The position numbers were made by a program, and so were the translations under genes. Source: Verrucomicrobiota bacterium (GTDB lineage: Bacteria; Verrucomicrobiota; Verrucomicrobiia; Opitutales; LL51). From it: a stretch of DNA of 32,000 nt. Shown here piece by piece: positions 1 through 8,321 of the stretch. The stretch is from assembly GCA_021294815.2 (NCBI GenBank), contig CP095464.1, positions 390,001 to 422,000 on the forward strand. Direction: 5' to 3'. The notes beneath the pieces were generated by a model, which was not told where the DNA came from, searched no databases, and worked only from the letters and a program-made list of their open reading frames with translations. Within the stretch, counting starts at the first letter, position 1. Every line of letters starts with the position of its first letter.

Positions 1-2
1 TC

Positions 3-215
3 AGCTATTTTGAAATTTTCATGCAAACCGATGGGGTCGATCTTGAACGCTTCTTCAATAGCATATTTGACCTTTGGGAAGACCTTCATTCTCCGCAGAT
101 GAAACGTTTGATTAGCCGTATTTTGGATATGGGTAACGGCGCTCACCGCTCAATTAATCCCGTTCGAAATTCGCGGGATCTTTCGGCGATCTACCGCTAT
201 CGGAGGCCTAATTGA
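3..215 (+). CDS. 3' end of a CDS entering from the left edge; hypothetical protein
   Basis: The frame is open from nt 3 to TGA at 213-215; listed ORF 21..215 is only the Met-initiated part. A hairpin plus T-tract follows at 243-271. No motif recognised. Confidence 0.4.
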   Translation, partial: SYFEIFMQTDGVDLERFFNSIFDLWEDLHSPQMKRLISRILDMGNGAHRSINPVRNSRDLSAIYRYRRPN

Positions 216-242
216 TCATCCGAACAACACAGGACCGACACT

Positions 243-271
243 CGCGCGCCTCCTGGCGCGTGTATTGTTTT
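243..271 (+). terminator. Rho-independent terminator candidate
   Basis: The GC stem CGCGCGCC/GGCGCGTG (243-250 pairs with 255-262; six Watson-Crick pairs, one G.T, one more pair) has loop TCCT. TATTGTTTT follows. Confidence 0.6.
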
Positions 272-365
272 CAGAAGAATATCTGCATTTTGCTATTTAA
301 AAATTTTACATAAGAATTTTAAATATTCTTTAAATTTATTTTTTATTTACTAAAATAGCAATATC

Positions 366-1112
366 ATGGATTTGGATACAACTTTCTCGAGCTACGCAAA
401 TCACACGCCACAAGTCGCCCCTGCTGTGGCAAAAAGCGGTGATTTCACGCAAAAAATTTCAAAAATCGAATCTCCTAAACTGGAACTTGTCAACCTTTCA
501 GCTCCGCTTTTTAAGCGCTTCAGAGCGGATTCTAAAAAGAACCGCATCGTCAGGGCATTGCTCAACCTCTGTAGGCAATACCCTCAACTGGTTCCCGTAA
601 TTCTCGGAATACTTGACCAGTGGACAGATTCTGTCGCCGGAAATCTGAGGGACGCCTTTGTACGTTGTCTTAAAATTCGGGCGATCTCCAAGGAACTTTT
701 TGACCTTCTTTTAGCCATTGATCACATCCTAGAGGTTTGTCAGCAAGGTGGTCCTCTCGCCGAGGCACTGCGTGCGGGTTACACCTATCGAATATTAAAC
801 AATCTCGTCGGCGATAATGGCCTTTCCAACGGTAACCTTGTGGTTGGGCGTTTTCAAGAACTTTTAGCCGTAGCGAGCCGTTATAGACGAGAAAACGTTG
901 TCCTCAAAATCGTTAGGTACTTGAGGAAGCTATGTAAGTCGCCTCAAATGATTCGTATCGCCGACGATGTGCTCTACATCGGCAAATCTCCCAGAATGAA
1001 CGTTGAAAAGAGGACGCATCAACCGATACGTTCCACAAAACCCGCCTATAGACCAACATCACAGCGTTCCCGTGGGGTTTCCATTGTCCAATATGGGCGC
1101 CAATCTAACTGA
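366..1112 (+). CDS. hypothetical protein (248 aa); possibly a distant relative of the P-family repeat
   Basis: The ORF is long and sits behind an extremely AT-rich upstream region (281-365). ELFDLLLAIDHI...GPLAEALRAGY faintly resembles the P-family repeat (L..L.L..SID...P.TP..LKEAI). No known domain recognised. Confidence 0.6.
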   Translation: MDLDTTFSSYANHTPQVAPAVAKSGDFTQKISKIESPKLELVNLSAPLFKRFRADSKKNRIVRALLNLCRQYPQLVPVILGILDQWTDSVAGNLRDAFVRCLKIRAISKELFDLLLAIDHILEVCQQGGPLAEALRAGYTYRILNNLVGDNGLSNGNLVVGRFQELLAVASRYRRENVVLKIVRYLRKLCKSPQMIRIADDVLYIGKSPRMNVEKRTHQPIRSTKPAYRPTSQRSRGVSIVQYGRQSN

Positions 1113-1149
1113 AACACAATTTACACCTTAACAATTAACAAATTATATT

Positions 1150-2490
1150 ATGTTTGACATCGATTTTAATGGTTTATATGGGCAGTAAGTACGCGGAAGC
1201 CCGAAAGGCAGTTACACGCTGGAGAACCACATCTGAAACGATCCAAGCTGGGAACTACACATTTATTGTGACGACACGCCCCGCATCTGAAAGTTTTTGG
1301 AATTCACAAAAAAAGGTGCTTGTGAGCCTAGAGCCGTTAGAGGACGTTTCGTCACCCGTGGCCCTTGCGTTTAGGGATCGCTGGATCGTTGCGAAGTTGC
1401 TCAAAAAAAATCCGGCCCTGTTAAACACAATTTTACAGCTTATCGATTCCATCGACTTCCATTGCTTAACACCTAATGATTTGGGTACGCTCAAGCAACT
1501 GGACAGGATCTATAGCCATTGGAAAATGCCGAAAGAACTCAAAGAATCGCTACGCGAGCACGCTGTCACGGAGATATTGCAAAACCAAAACGCGCTCAAA
1601 TCGGTCTTTGCTTGCATGGATTCTATCAACCCTGCCCATCTGCAAAAGAGAAATAAATGGGCAATGGAACAATTGAGAAAAATTGCCCACAACCCGCAAA
1701 TACCTCTTGCAATCGAGTCGAGGAGACAATCCTTGAGGGAGTCTACGTAGTCGTTAGAGAGATCGGTAATCGCGCGGTAGGATATTTATATGCAATACCA
1801 AGGAGCATTACGGATAAGATGGTAGGGGAAGGCTCTTACACAGTTGATCTAGCTACATCCCGGGAAGACTTTCGAAAAAGGGTCGAGGAAATCAATTTTT
1901 ATGCTCAGAACGAACATTCTCAGAAAGGCATTTCCTTTAATATTCAGCAAAATGGCGACTTCCTCTACTGCGATGTTCCCTTAGATCTCAACCCCTTAGA
2001 TTTGGAAAACGACACATTTTCGCACAATCGCCTTATCGTCTTTAACCAAAAAGTGAATCAAACATAGAATGATAGAATTCCCGAAGAAATGATAAAGCGC
2101 ATCGGTCAGATAACCAAACGGCTAACAGACTACATCAAAAATAAGAGTGACATATCAGAAGAAACAGTCAGCCAATTTGCTCAAGAAATTGAAGAGATTG
2201 CAACAGCTGTAGCCCTTCGCCTTCCCATAATGGACCAAATACGGTTCGAAGAAAGTATACTCTACGCCTTTGGTACCTTACCTAAAGCGGATGACCTATT
2301 TCGCATTTTTACGGGTAAAACCATCGGAGCCCTTCAAAATGTAACACGGACAAAATTGGCTCGCGAGAAAATCGATAAGACACTTCCGCATTGTAGAGCT
2401 GCACTCGAAAAGGCTCAAGCAAAGATTGCTGAAAGTAAACTCATGAGAGGAGCGCATAGACACACGACTGCCACGCGTTTTGCTCGATAA
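1150..2490 (+). pseudogene. P1: disrupted paralogue of the P-family orphan repeat protein
   Basis: ATG at 1150 gives MFDIDFNGLYGQ*, matching the P4 N-terminus MSYIDFNNLYEQLGSKYAE. An 8-nt length difference at about 1180 shifts the frame into ORF 1154..1750. A second frame change at about 1715-1745 leads into ORF 1657..2067. An in-frame TAG at 2065-2067 sits where P3 has TGG (QT*NDRIPEE vs QPWNERTIDE), and ORF 2089..2490 follows. Confidence 0.7.
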
Positions 2491-2539
2491 GTTTCGACGG
2501 TGTCGCCATTGCTGGGTTTAATGTTGTATTATTAAAAAT

Positions 2540-2547
2540 TTTATAAA
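2540..2547 (+). promoter_or_regulatory. TTTATAAA box (possible -10 element), 10 nt upstream of the P2 ATG
   Basis: An exact palindromic octamer within AAAATTTTATAAATAAT. There is no Shine-Dalgarno between the box and ATG 2558. Confidence 0.4.
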
Positions 2548-2557
2548 TAATTGCATC

Positions 2558-5107
2558 ATGTCCATCACGAATGCGAGTTCACGCTACGATCCTAGACAAG
2601 TTATAAGGCAATACGGGAATCTCAAAAAAGACGTCGCCAATAAAGAGGAAGCGTTCGGAACAATGAACGTTACTGAAAACCTAGCAATTTGCATGGCGAA
2701 GGATCGAGGCAAAAAGGGAAAGATCTCGGACGACTCTGGGAAGTACATCATCCTTAAAGGCCAACAACCGGTGAAAAACCGTAGCTCTGTCGATGGGTCC
2801 AGCGTCCTTGAATCCTTCCAATACAAAATATCCTTCAAAAATCGGAGAGAACTCGCCAAACTGCTGCAAGATCCGAAACTACTCGAAACAACTCTCCATC
2901 TCATGGAACGAGCCGATAAACTTAAAGATTCCGGAGCGGTAACAGAACTACAAAAGATTGCCGATAACCGCAAAGCACCCCCGGCACTCAGAAGGGCAAT
3001 TCGCCAAAAACTGGACACAATTTCCAAATCATCAGAGCGTGCTCCTGCACCTGTGGACTTGCAAACCTCTTCCCCCTCTCAGGACAGCGCAAACGTAGGC
3101 AAGAAAACCAGAAGCATCGCTATTGAACCCCAGTCTGCACCCATATTTAATGGAACAATTTCTGAAAAAAGTCGCCAACAGTTGCAATCTGCCAATTTGC
3201 TACAAATCGTCCAACAACTCCAGGATGCGATGAATTTTTCCAAACTCACAGTGCAAAGCATAGCAGAAATAAAAATACAATTTGAGGAAAGAGAGAAAAA
3301 TAAGGAAGATGAGTTGCCCCTTGAGGACGCAATGGTAAAACTCGGGTACATTGCCCAGGACCCCAAGACACCCGCTGCTCTTAAGGAAGCAATTCTAGAG
3401 TCCGGCTGCGCGCAATTAGATCCAAACTTCAGGACATTGGCAGATAGCGTTCGCTTTACCTCATCAATCGAACCCAAGAGGTTAAAGCCCGAAGATGTAA
3501 AAAAGCTGCAAGAACTCGGAAATACCCTCGCTTATCCGGAAAGAACTTCTCCTATAGTCCAAAAAGAAATTGCCAAATTTTTCACAAAAATATCGGAATG
3601 GATCCCCGAACTTGCAAAGTCGATCGATCCATCTCACCTAAAGCCGGGCGATGAAAAAGCAATACAGGTCCTCTATGATCTTACTCATAATCCCTCCATA
3701 CCACCTGCAGTCAAAAAAGCGATCCCTCAAAGAAGTTATATACAACTGGGTGCCCAACCGGATCTATTAAGAAAAACCCTTGAGCTCAAAGCTTCGATCG
3801 ATTCTTCTTACCTGAGAGCCGGTGATGCGGCAGGCGTACAAAAAGCGGCAAAAGAGCTTAGCGCGATTCTCAATGATAAAACGGCATCGCTGGAACTTAG
3901 ATCCATAATCCTGAAAACCGGTTGTGCACAGTTGGAATCGTGTTCAGAACAATTAAACCGCTCTCTTGAACTCCTGGCCTCAGTTACCCCTTCCAACTTG
4001 CAAGCAACAGCCCAACAACTCAACACCATTGCCAATGACCTAGCGACTCCACGAATACTCAAGGAAACCATTCTAAGAACCGGGTACTCGCAATTAGAAT
4101 TACACCCAAAACTTCTGCAAGATGTTTTCCGGCTTACGGCCTCACTCGATCCTTCTAACTTGAAAGCGGGAGATGAGAAAACCTTAAAACAACTCACCGA
4201 TATTGCAACTAACTCAGAGACACCCATTATCCTTCAAAAAGCGATTTTCAAATTTCTTGAACCTGCTCACAAACAATTATCGAACGAAGTCCCCCAACTC
4301 ATGGCTTCCATTGACTCCACCGGGCTAAAGAAAGGGGATGAAAAAACAATGGTCAAACTCAATTTTGTTGCCAATAATCCGGCAACACCCCCTAACCTCA
4401 AAGAAGCAATTCTCAAAAAAGTTTACGAAATCTGCAAAGAAGAAGGTGCCCACGCTGCAAAATACGTTTGGGGTGTGCCAGAAGATATTCTCCGCAAGGT
4501 GCCGGTAGAGGGATGCCCTGTAGTTGCGACTGCACGGGATAGTGAAGATTTGCAAAGGCAGCTTCGTGAGGGTTTTGATACAGATAAATTCTCGGACATC
4601 GATGGAGTGAAGTTTGCTTTTGTGGAATCCCCATATACATCGATGCCTAAGAATGCAAATCTCAGATGGAACACTTTCTTGTACTTCAACAGTTCTCGTG
4701 AAGGCGCAAATCAATCATGCCAAGATATCTTCTCACAACTTCATTCTCTTAGAAAGGACCTAGGAAAGTGCTCTACATCGGAGGAACTGGAAGCAATTAA
4801 AGAAAAAGCTTCACATCTTACCAAGATGCTAGAGGACCGTACACCCTACATCCAACACGCAGCGTTTACTTCTAAAGTGCTCAATGAATTTGATCTTCCA
4901 ATAAGTGATGCAGCCCGGATCGAATATGAAGCTAAAACAACTGGTTTTGTGAAACTCTCGGGGATAGCAGCAACGACCCTTAAGGATATAAAGGATAATT
5001 TCACATCACTTAACACCGCGCTCACAGCCGCTGAGAAAAGACTTGACGTTGGTACGGGGCTCACGGATGCACAAAAACAAAAAATGTCGGGGGGGGGAAT
5101 CCTCTAA
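2558..5107 (+). CDS. P2: orphan repeat protein, 849 aa, with about 8 tandem ~55-aa repeats
   Basis: An uninterrupted 849-codon ORF. It shares the family blocks ISFKNRRELAKLLQDPKLL and AAKYVWGVPEDI with P1, P3 and P4. No signal peptide and no known domain recognised. Confidence 0.85.
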   Translation: MSITNASSRYDPRQVIRQYGNLKKDVANKEEAFGTMNVTENLAICMAKDRGKKGKISDDSGKYIILKGQQPVKNRSSVDGSSVLESFQYKISFKNRRELAKLLQDPKLLETTLHLMERADKLKDSGAVTELQKIADNRKAPPALRRAIRQKLDTISKSSERAPAPVDLQTSSPSQDSANVGKKTRSIAIEPQSAPIFNGTISEKSRQQLQSANLLQIVQQLQDAMNFSKLTVQSIAEIKIQFEEREKNKEDELPLEDAMVKLGYIAQDPKTPAALKEAILESGCAQLDPNFRTLADSVRFTSSIEPKRLKPEDVKKLQELGNTLAYPERTSPIVQKEIAKFFTKISEWIPELAKSIDPSHLKPGDEKAIQVLYDLTHNPSIPPAVKKAIPQRSYIQLGAQPDLLRKTLELKASIDSSYLRAGDAAGVQKAAKELSAILNDKTASLELRSIILKTGCAQLESCSEQLNRSLELLASVTPSNLQATAQQLNTIANDLATPRILKETILRTGYSQLELHPKLLQDVFRLTASLDPSNLKAGDEKTLKQLTDIATNSETPIILQKAIFKFLEPAHKQLSNEVPQLMASIDSTGLKKGDEKTMVKLNFVANNPATPPNLKEAILKKVYEICKEEGAHAAKYVWGVPEDILRKVPVEGCPVVATARDSEDLQRQLREGFDTDKFSDIDGVKFAFVESPYTSMPKNANLRWNTFLYFNSSREGANQSCQDIFSQLHSLRKDLGKCSTSEELEAIKEKASHLTKMLEDRTPYIQHAAFTSKVLNEFDLPISDAARIEYEAKTTGFVKLSGIAATTLKDIKDNFTSLNTALTAAEKRLDVGTGLTDAQKQKMSGGGIL
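2849..4425 (+). repeat. Intragenic tandem array of ~55-aa (~165-nt) degenerate repeats inside P2
   Basis: Recurrent pattern L..L.L.ASID.S.LK.GDEK....L..IA.NP.TP..LKEAIL..G..QL. Examples are SIDPSHLKPGDEKAIQVLYDLTHNPSIPPAVKKAI, SLDPSNLKAGDEKTLKQLTDIATNSETPIILQKAI and SIDSTGLKKGDEKTMVKLNFVANNPATPPNLKEAI. P1, P3 and P4 have only about 2 copies. Confidence 0.8.
5089..5097 (+). repeat. G9 homopolymer 8 nt before the P2 stop codon
   Basis: Nine consecutive G at 5089-5097, preceded by the A-rich ACAAAAACAAAAAATG. The frame containing ORF 5125..5601 is already open from the tract itself (GGG GGG GGG AAT CCT CTA AAG...). Confidence 0.9.
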
Positions 5108-5124
5108 AGGAGACAAAGATCCCA

Positions 5125-5934
5125 GTGGATTCAACGGATAAAGCGAAGCAGGAACAGAGAGTATCATTTGCCGCAAATGTTGCCATGCAAGTAAAGACCC
5201 CGTTGGCCAAGACAAGAGATAGAAAGAACTGGGAAAATGAACGTAAAGAAGTCGTTGCCGCGAAAAAAGCAGCACGTCCCAAAGATCCTAATCAGCCACC
5301 CTTACTTCAACTTTCCAAACAATTGACCAGTGCTAATGATTCTTTGGAAGTCGTAGTCTCCTCGATAGAGTCCGGGAAGACACCGAACGGGAAAGCCATT
5401 TCAGCGGAGGAGGTCTCTGTTTTAAAGGAGCGAAAAACCGTCCTAGAGGAACAAACGGCTACCATCAAATTAAGATTGAAGTTTCTCAGCATAAAGTGTC
5501 GACTCCAATGCTCGGGGCGCGACTCGCCTTCACAACCCCCGAACACGAAAACGCCTTGGCGAAAAAACAGGATATTCTCAAACAAAAATTGTCTGCTCTA
5601 GACGAAAAACAACGCCGACTTGCGGATAAGGCAACTGTTTCATCGGGAAAAGCGATAGTGTTCTTTCCATTAGACTCGAAAGCCAAAAAGCCGGAACAAC
5701 AGCTGGCTGCTATAAACAAGCGTATAGAAGAGTTGGACAAAGAAGCAGCTGAGTTAGACCAACAAAAGGCTGATCTCGATCAGCAAATAAAAGATTTGAG
5801 TTTCGAATAGACGGCAGAAAAAGCGTCAGATGACACAAACTTCATGGATACACAAAGGTACAATGCCATCAAGAAGCCAGAGGTCATTGCAGCTACCTCT
5901 CGAAAAACACTATTTACCAAATTTCTTTCAATAA
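5125..5934 (+). pseudogene. Decayed C-terminal tail of P2 (coiled-coil-like), split over three frames
   Basis: ORFs 5125..5601 and 5496..5810 are K/E/Q-rich and overlap in different frames. A third frame ends in ...NFFQ* with CAA TAA at 5929-5934. The same terminal codons and the same 18-nt flank occur at the ends of P3 and P4. Confidence 0.45.
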
Positions 5935-5968
5935 CCTTTGACAACACCTCCGGTATTGCTTCTTCCAA

Positions 5969-6075
5969 GGGGTGTCTTGGTTTCGGCTGGGGACCATAGC
6001 GCATCGTCGCATGCCGGAGATGATGGTTAGCTCCGTAAAAATCCATCAAACTACATTAAATGGCCAAGATAGCGC
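5969..6075 (+). pseudogene. Truncated ssrA (tmRNA) 5' fragment, copy 1
   Basis: GGGGTGTCTTGGTTTCGGCTGGGGACCATAGCGCATCGTCGCATGCCGGAGATGATGGTTAGCTCCGTAAAAATCCATCAAACTACATTAAATGGCCAAGATA aligns with 10007-10110 of the intact ssrA. There are 8 substitutions in the first 87 nt. No T-arm or 3' acceptor strand follows. Confidence 0.85.
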
Positions 6076-6186
6076 TGTTGGTCTCAATGCTAGCCTCAAT
6101 ATTCTCAAGTTTCTAAAAATGCTTCGGGATCTCTGCTGCTTTATTTATAAATATTAATTAAAATTTTTCATTGAATTATTGAAAAT

Positions 6187-6194
6187 TTTATAAA
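6187..6194 (+). promoter_or_regulatory. TTTATAAA box, 10 nt upstream of the P3 ATG (a second copy lies at 6144-6151)
   Basis: GAAAATTTTATAAATAATAGCCTT-ATG. Spacing and flanks match the P2 box, and there is no Shine-Dalgarno. Confidence 0.4.
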
Positions 6195-6204
6195 TAATAG
6201 CCTT

Positions 6205-8028
6205 ATGACTGACGTTGATTTTCATAATTTCGATCGGCAGCCCATCGGGCAATATGCAGAGGTCGCAAATATCAAAGCACAACAGATGACCTCATCAAAG
6301 GTTATCGAAGCCGGTAATTATGTGTTTACAGTTACGATGTCCCCGCGCTCCAAGTGGTCCTGGTGGCAACACGAAGAAGGCGTTCTCTCCTTAGGCACCC
6401 CGGACGAGCGAGATATATTTCCAGCTGAAATCCCTTTCAAAAATAAAAAAGAGCTAAGTCAACTACTTCAAGCACCTCAATTGTTGGGAATGACCCTGGA
6501 GCTTATCAGCTGGATCGATTTCGATTATCCGAGAAGAAGTCATCTAGAAGCACTGAATGAATTGAATGAGATTTGCAGAAATCCCCAAGCACCGCTGATA
6601 CTATGTGCATACATCCAAAAGTATCAAGTCTCAGAATTACTCAGCAATCCGGGATTACTCAATTGGACCCTTGGTTTTACAGAATCCATCAATGATTCTC
6701 ATTTAGAATCCAAGGATATCGAATCTGCAAAACACATTGGCGCAGTTATCAGAGCTCCCGGAACCCCCTCTGCAATCAGGGAAATTGCCCTGAAGAAAAC
6801 TTATGCGATTCACAAAGTCGCTATCGGTCGCGCAGTGGAATGTGCCTATGGAATCCCTCAAAAGATTATGAACCAAACTCAGGGCGAGGGCAGTTATAGG
6901 GTTATATATACGCAGCCTAATCAGAAACTCGAAAAGGAACTTCGAGAACACTCGTCGCTTACAAGTACCCTCAGTGCTGCCCGCAATAAAGTAGCAGAAT
7001 TATTTTACCAAATGGGATCTGCCAATTATCACGAGAGACTTGATTCTGCGGTAATAGCTTATAGTGACTTGATTATTCAGGTGCTTGCAGACGGCAAGTA
7101 TAACAAAACAATGGGCAATCGCGCGGTAATTCAGGAGCTCAATGCCAGTAAAGAACGGATCTCCACAACACTGACACAAGAACTTTCAACCTACACAAAG
7201 AATCACTCAGCACTCTGCCAGGACCTTCAAAGTTTTGAAAAAAGGATGAGAGCATTCGAGAATGAACTTTTGCAGGTGCTCCTGCGTGTCCCCAATGGAT
7301 ATCAATACCAGTTGAATATTCAAGAAGCTGAGGGTTTCATGTACTGCGACATTCCCCTCTCCGATGAAATAGAAACGCCATTCGAAACCAATACGCTCAT
7401 TATCGCAGACACGCATCTTGACCAGCCTTGGAATGAAAGAACAATCGACGAAATCAGAGAAGAAATTGTTTTTGTTCGAGGGAAGCTTGAAAAGTACCTA
7501 CAACACTATAAAGGCGGTAGAGTCGATTTAGAAAGTCCCAGTGAATATACACAAAAAATCGCTCAGAAAAGTGTTGAATATACACTCAAACTAATCAGCG
7601 ATTACTTCCCTAAATTGCACCATGAAGCCGAAAAACGCCTATTTATTTGGGATTCAAATAGAATAGACCGAGATGTCCTCAATGCTTTTGGAACCCTTAA
7701 GGCATCCCACCAGAGTAGAACTCCAGGCCAAGAGTTTATACAGAAAATCAATACTGCACTCAATAATCTTGTGATAGAATGGGAGCAGTGTTCGAGGGTC
7801 GCTAAACAGGTAAGAGAAGATCTCATGCCGCAAAAAACAGTTCCAGCGATGCAAATGGAACCTGTAGGGAAACAAACAGATTATATAAACTATACGCGTT
7901 CAAAAGTTGATCAAGACTTCCAGAGACACGTGAATACGTTCATAAATTCCGAAGGGAAAATTGACACAGATAAAACCGTCCCAAGTTTTCAGGATCCGGC
8001 AGCGACATCTATGGACTTCGCCCAATAA
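6205..8028 (+). CDS. P3: orphan repeat protein, 607 aa; the only fully intact family member
   Basis: A single ORF carrying every family block: MTDVDFHNF...YAE, AGNYVFTVT, FKNKKELSQLLQAPQLL, 2 repeats, AVECAYGIPQKI, GFMYCDIPLS (7336-7356), LNAFGTLKAS and the C-terminal FAQ*. No signal peptide. Confidence 0.9.
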   Translation: MTDVDFHNFDRQPIGQYAEVANIKAQQMTSSKVIEAGNYVFTVTMSPRSKWSWWQHEEGVLSLGTPDERDIFPAEIPFKNKKELSQLLQAPQLLGMTLELISWIDFDYPRRSHLEALNELNEICRNPQAPLILCAYIQKYQVSELLSNPGLLNWTLGFTESINDSHLESKDIESAKHIGAVIRAPGTPSAIREIALKKTYAIHKVAIGRAVECAYGIPQKIMNQTQGEGSYRVIYTQPNQKLEKELREHSSLTSTLSAARNKVAELFYQMGSANYHERLDSAVIAYSDLIIQVLADGKYNKTMGNRAVIQELNASKERISTTLTQELSTYTKNHSALCQDLQSFEKRMRAFENELLQVLLRVPNGYQYQLNIQEAEGFMYCDIPLSDEIETPFETNTLIIADTHLDQPWNERTIDEIREEIVFVRGKLEKYLQHYKGGRVDLESPSEYTQKIAQKSVEYTLKLISDYFPKLHHEAEKRLFIWDSNRIDRDVLNAFGTLKASHQSRTPGQEFIQKINTALNNLVIEWEQCSRVAKQVREDLMPQKTVPAMQMEPVGKQTDYINYTRSKVDQDFQRHVNTFINSEGKIDTDKTVPSFQDPAATSMDFAQ

Positions 8029-8071
8029 CCTTTGACAACACCTCCGGTATTGCTTCTCTTCGGGCGAACCT

Positions 8072-8220
8072 GGGGGTGTCTTGGTTTCGACTGGGAACCG
8101 TAACGCATCGTCGCATGCCGGAGATGATGGTTGGCTCCGTAAAAATCCATCAAACTCTATAAATGGCAAAAATCATGTCATCGCGTTCGTCTTCGGTAGC
8201 AGAGGTATGAGCAAAGCCGA
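8072..8220 (+). pseudogene. Truncated ssrA (tmRNA) 5' fragment, copy 2
   Basis: The first 88 nt differ from 10006-10093 of the intact ssrA at one position (G vs A at nt 23). Homology continues through the tag-coding region with about 9 substitutions plus a 1-nt indel. The tag stop is lost (..MSKAERSNIG..) and no 3' half follows. Confidence 0.9.
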
Positions 8221-8305
8221 AAGATCCAATATAGGTTTCTTTTTTCCTCAGCCAGCGATATCAGTCGGTTATTCATTTCGAATTACATTGCCTTTTTAAA
8301 AAATA

Positions 8306-8313
8306 TTTATAAA
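8306..8313 (+). promoter_or_regulatory. TTTATAAA box, 8 nt upstream of the P4 ATG
   Basis: AAAAAATATTTATAAAAAAACGCC-ATG; no Shine-Dalgarno. Confidence 0.35.
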
Positions 8314-8321
8314 AAAACGCC

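Noticed and set aside
5969-8220. The ssrA fragments as pieces of a two-piece (circularly permuted) tmRNA.
   Set aside because: Permuted tmRNA genes encode the 3' acceptor piece upstream of the coding piece. Here only 5' halves are repeated, no extra T-arm or acceptor 3' strand exists, and a standard one-piece ssrA is present at 10006-10387.
8250-8263. A 14-nt exact inverted match between the region just 3' of ssrA fragment 2 (AGCCAGCGATATCA) and 10257-10270 inside the intact ssrA. This could be the trace of an inversion.
   Set aside because: A 14-mer match on either strand is expected a few times by chance in a 32-kb self-comparison. No extended homology flanks it.
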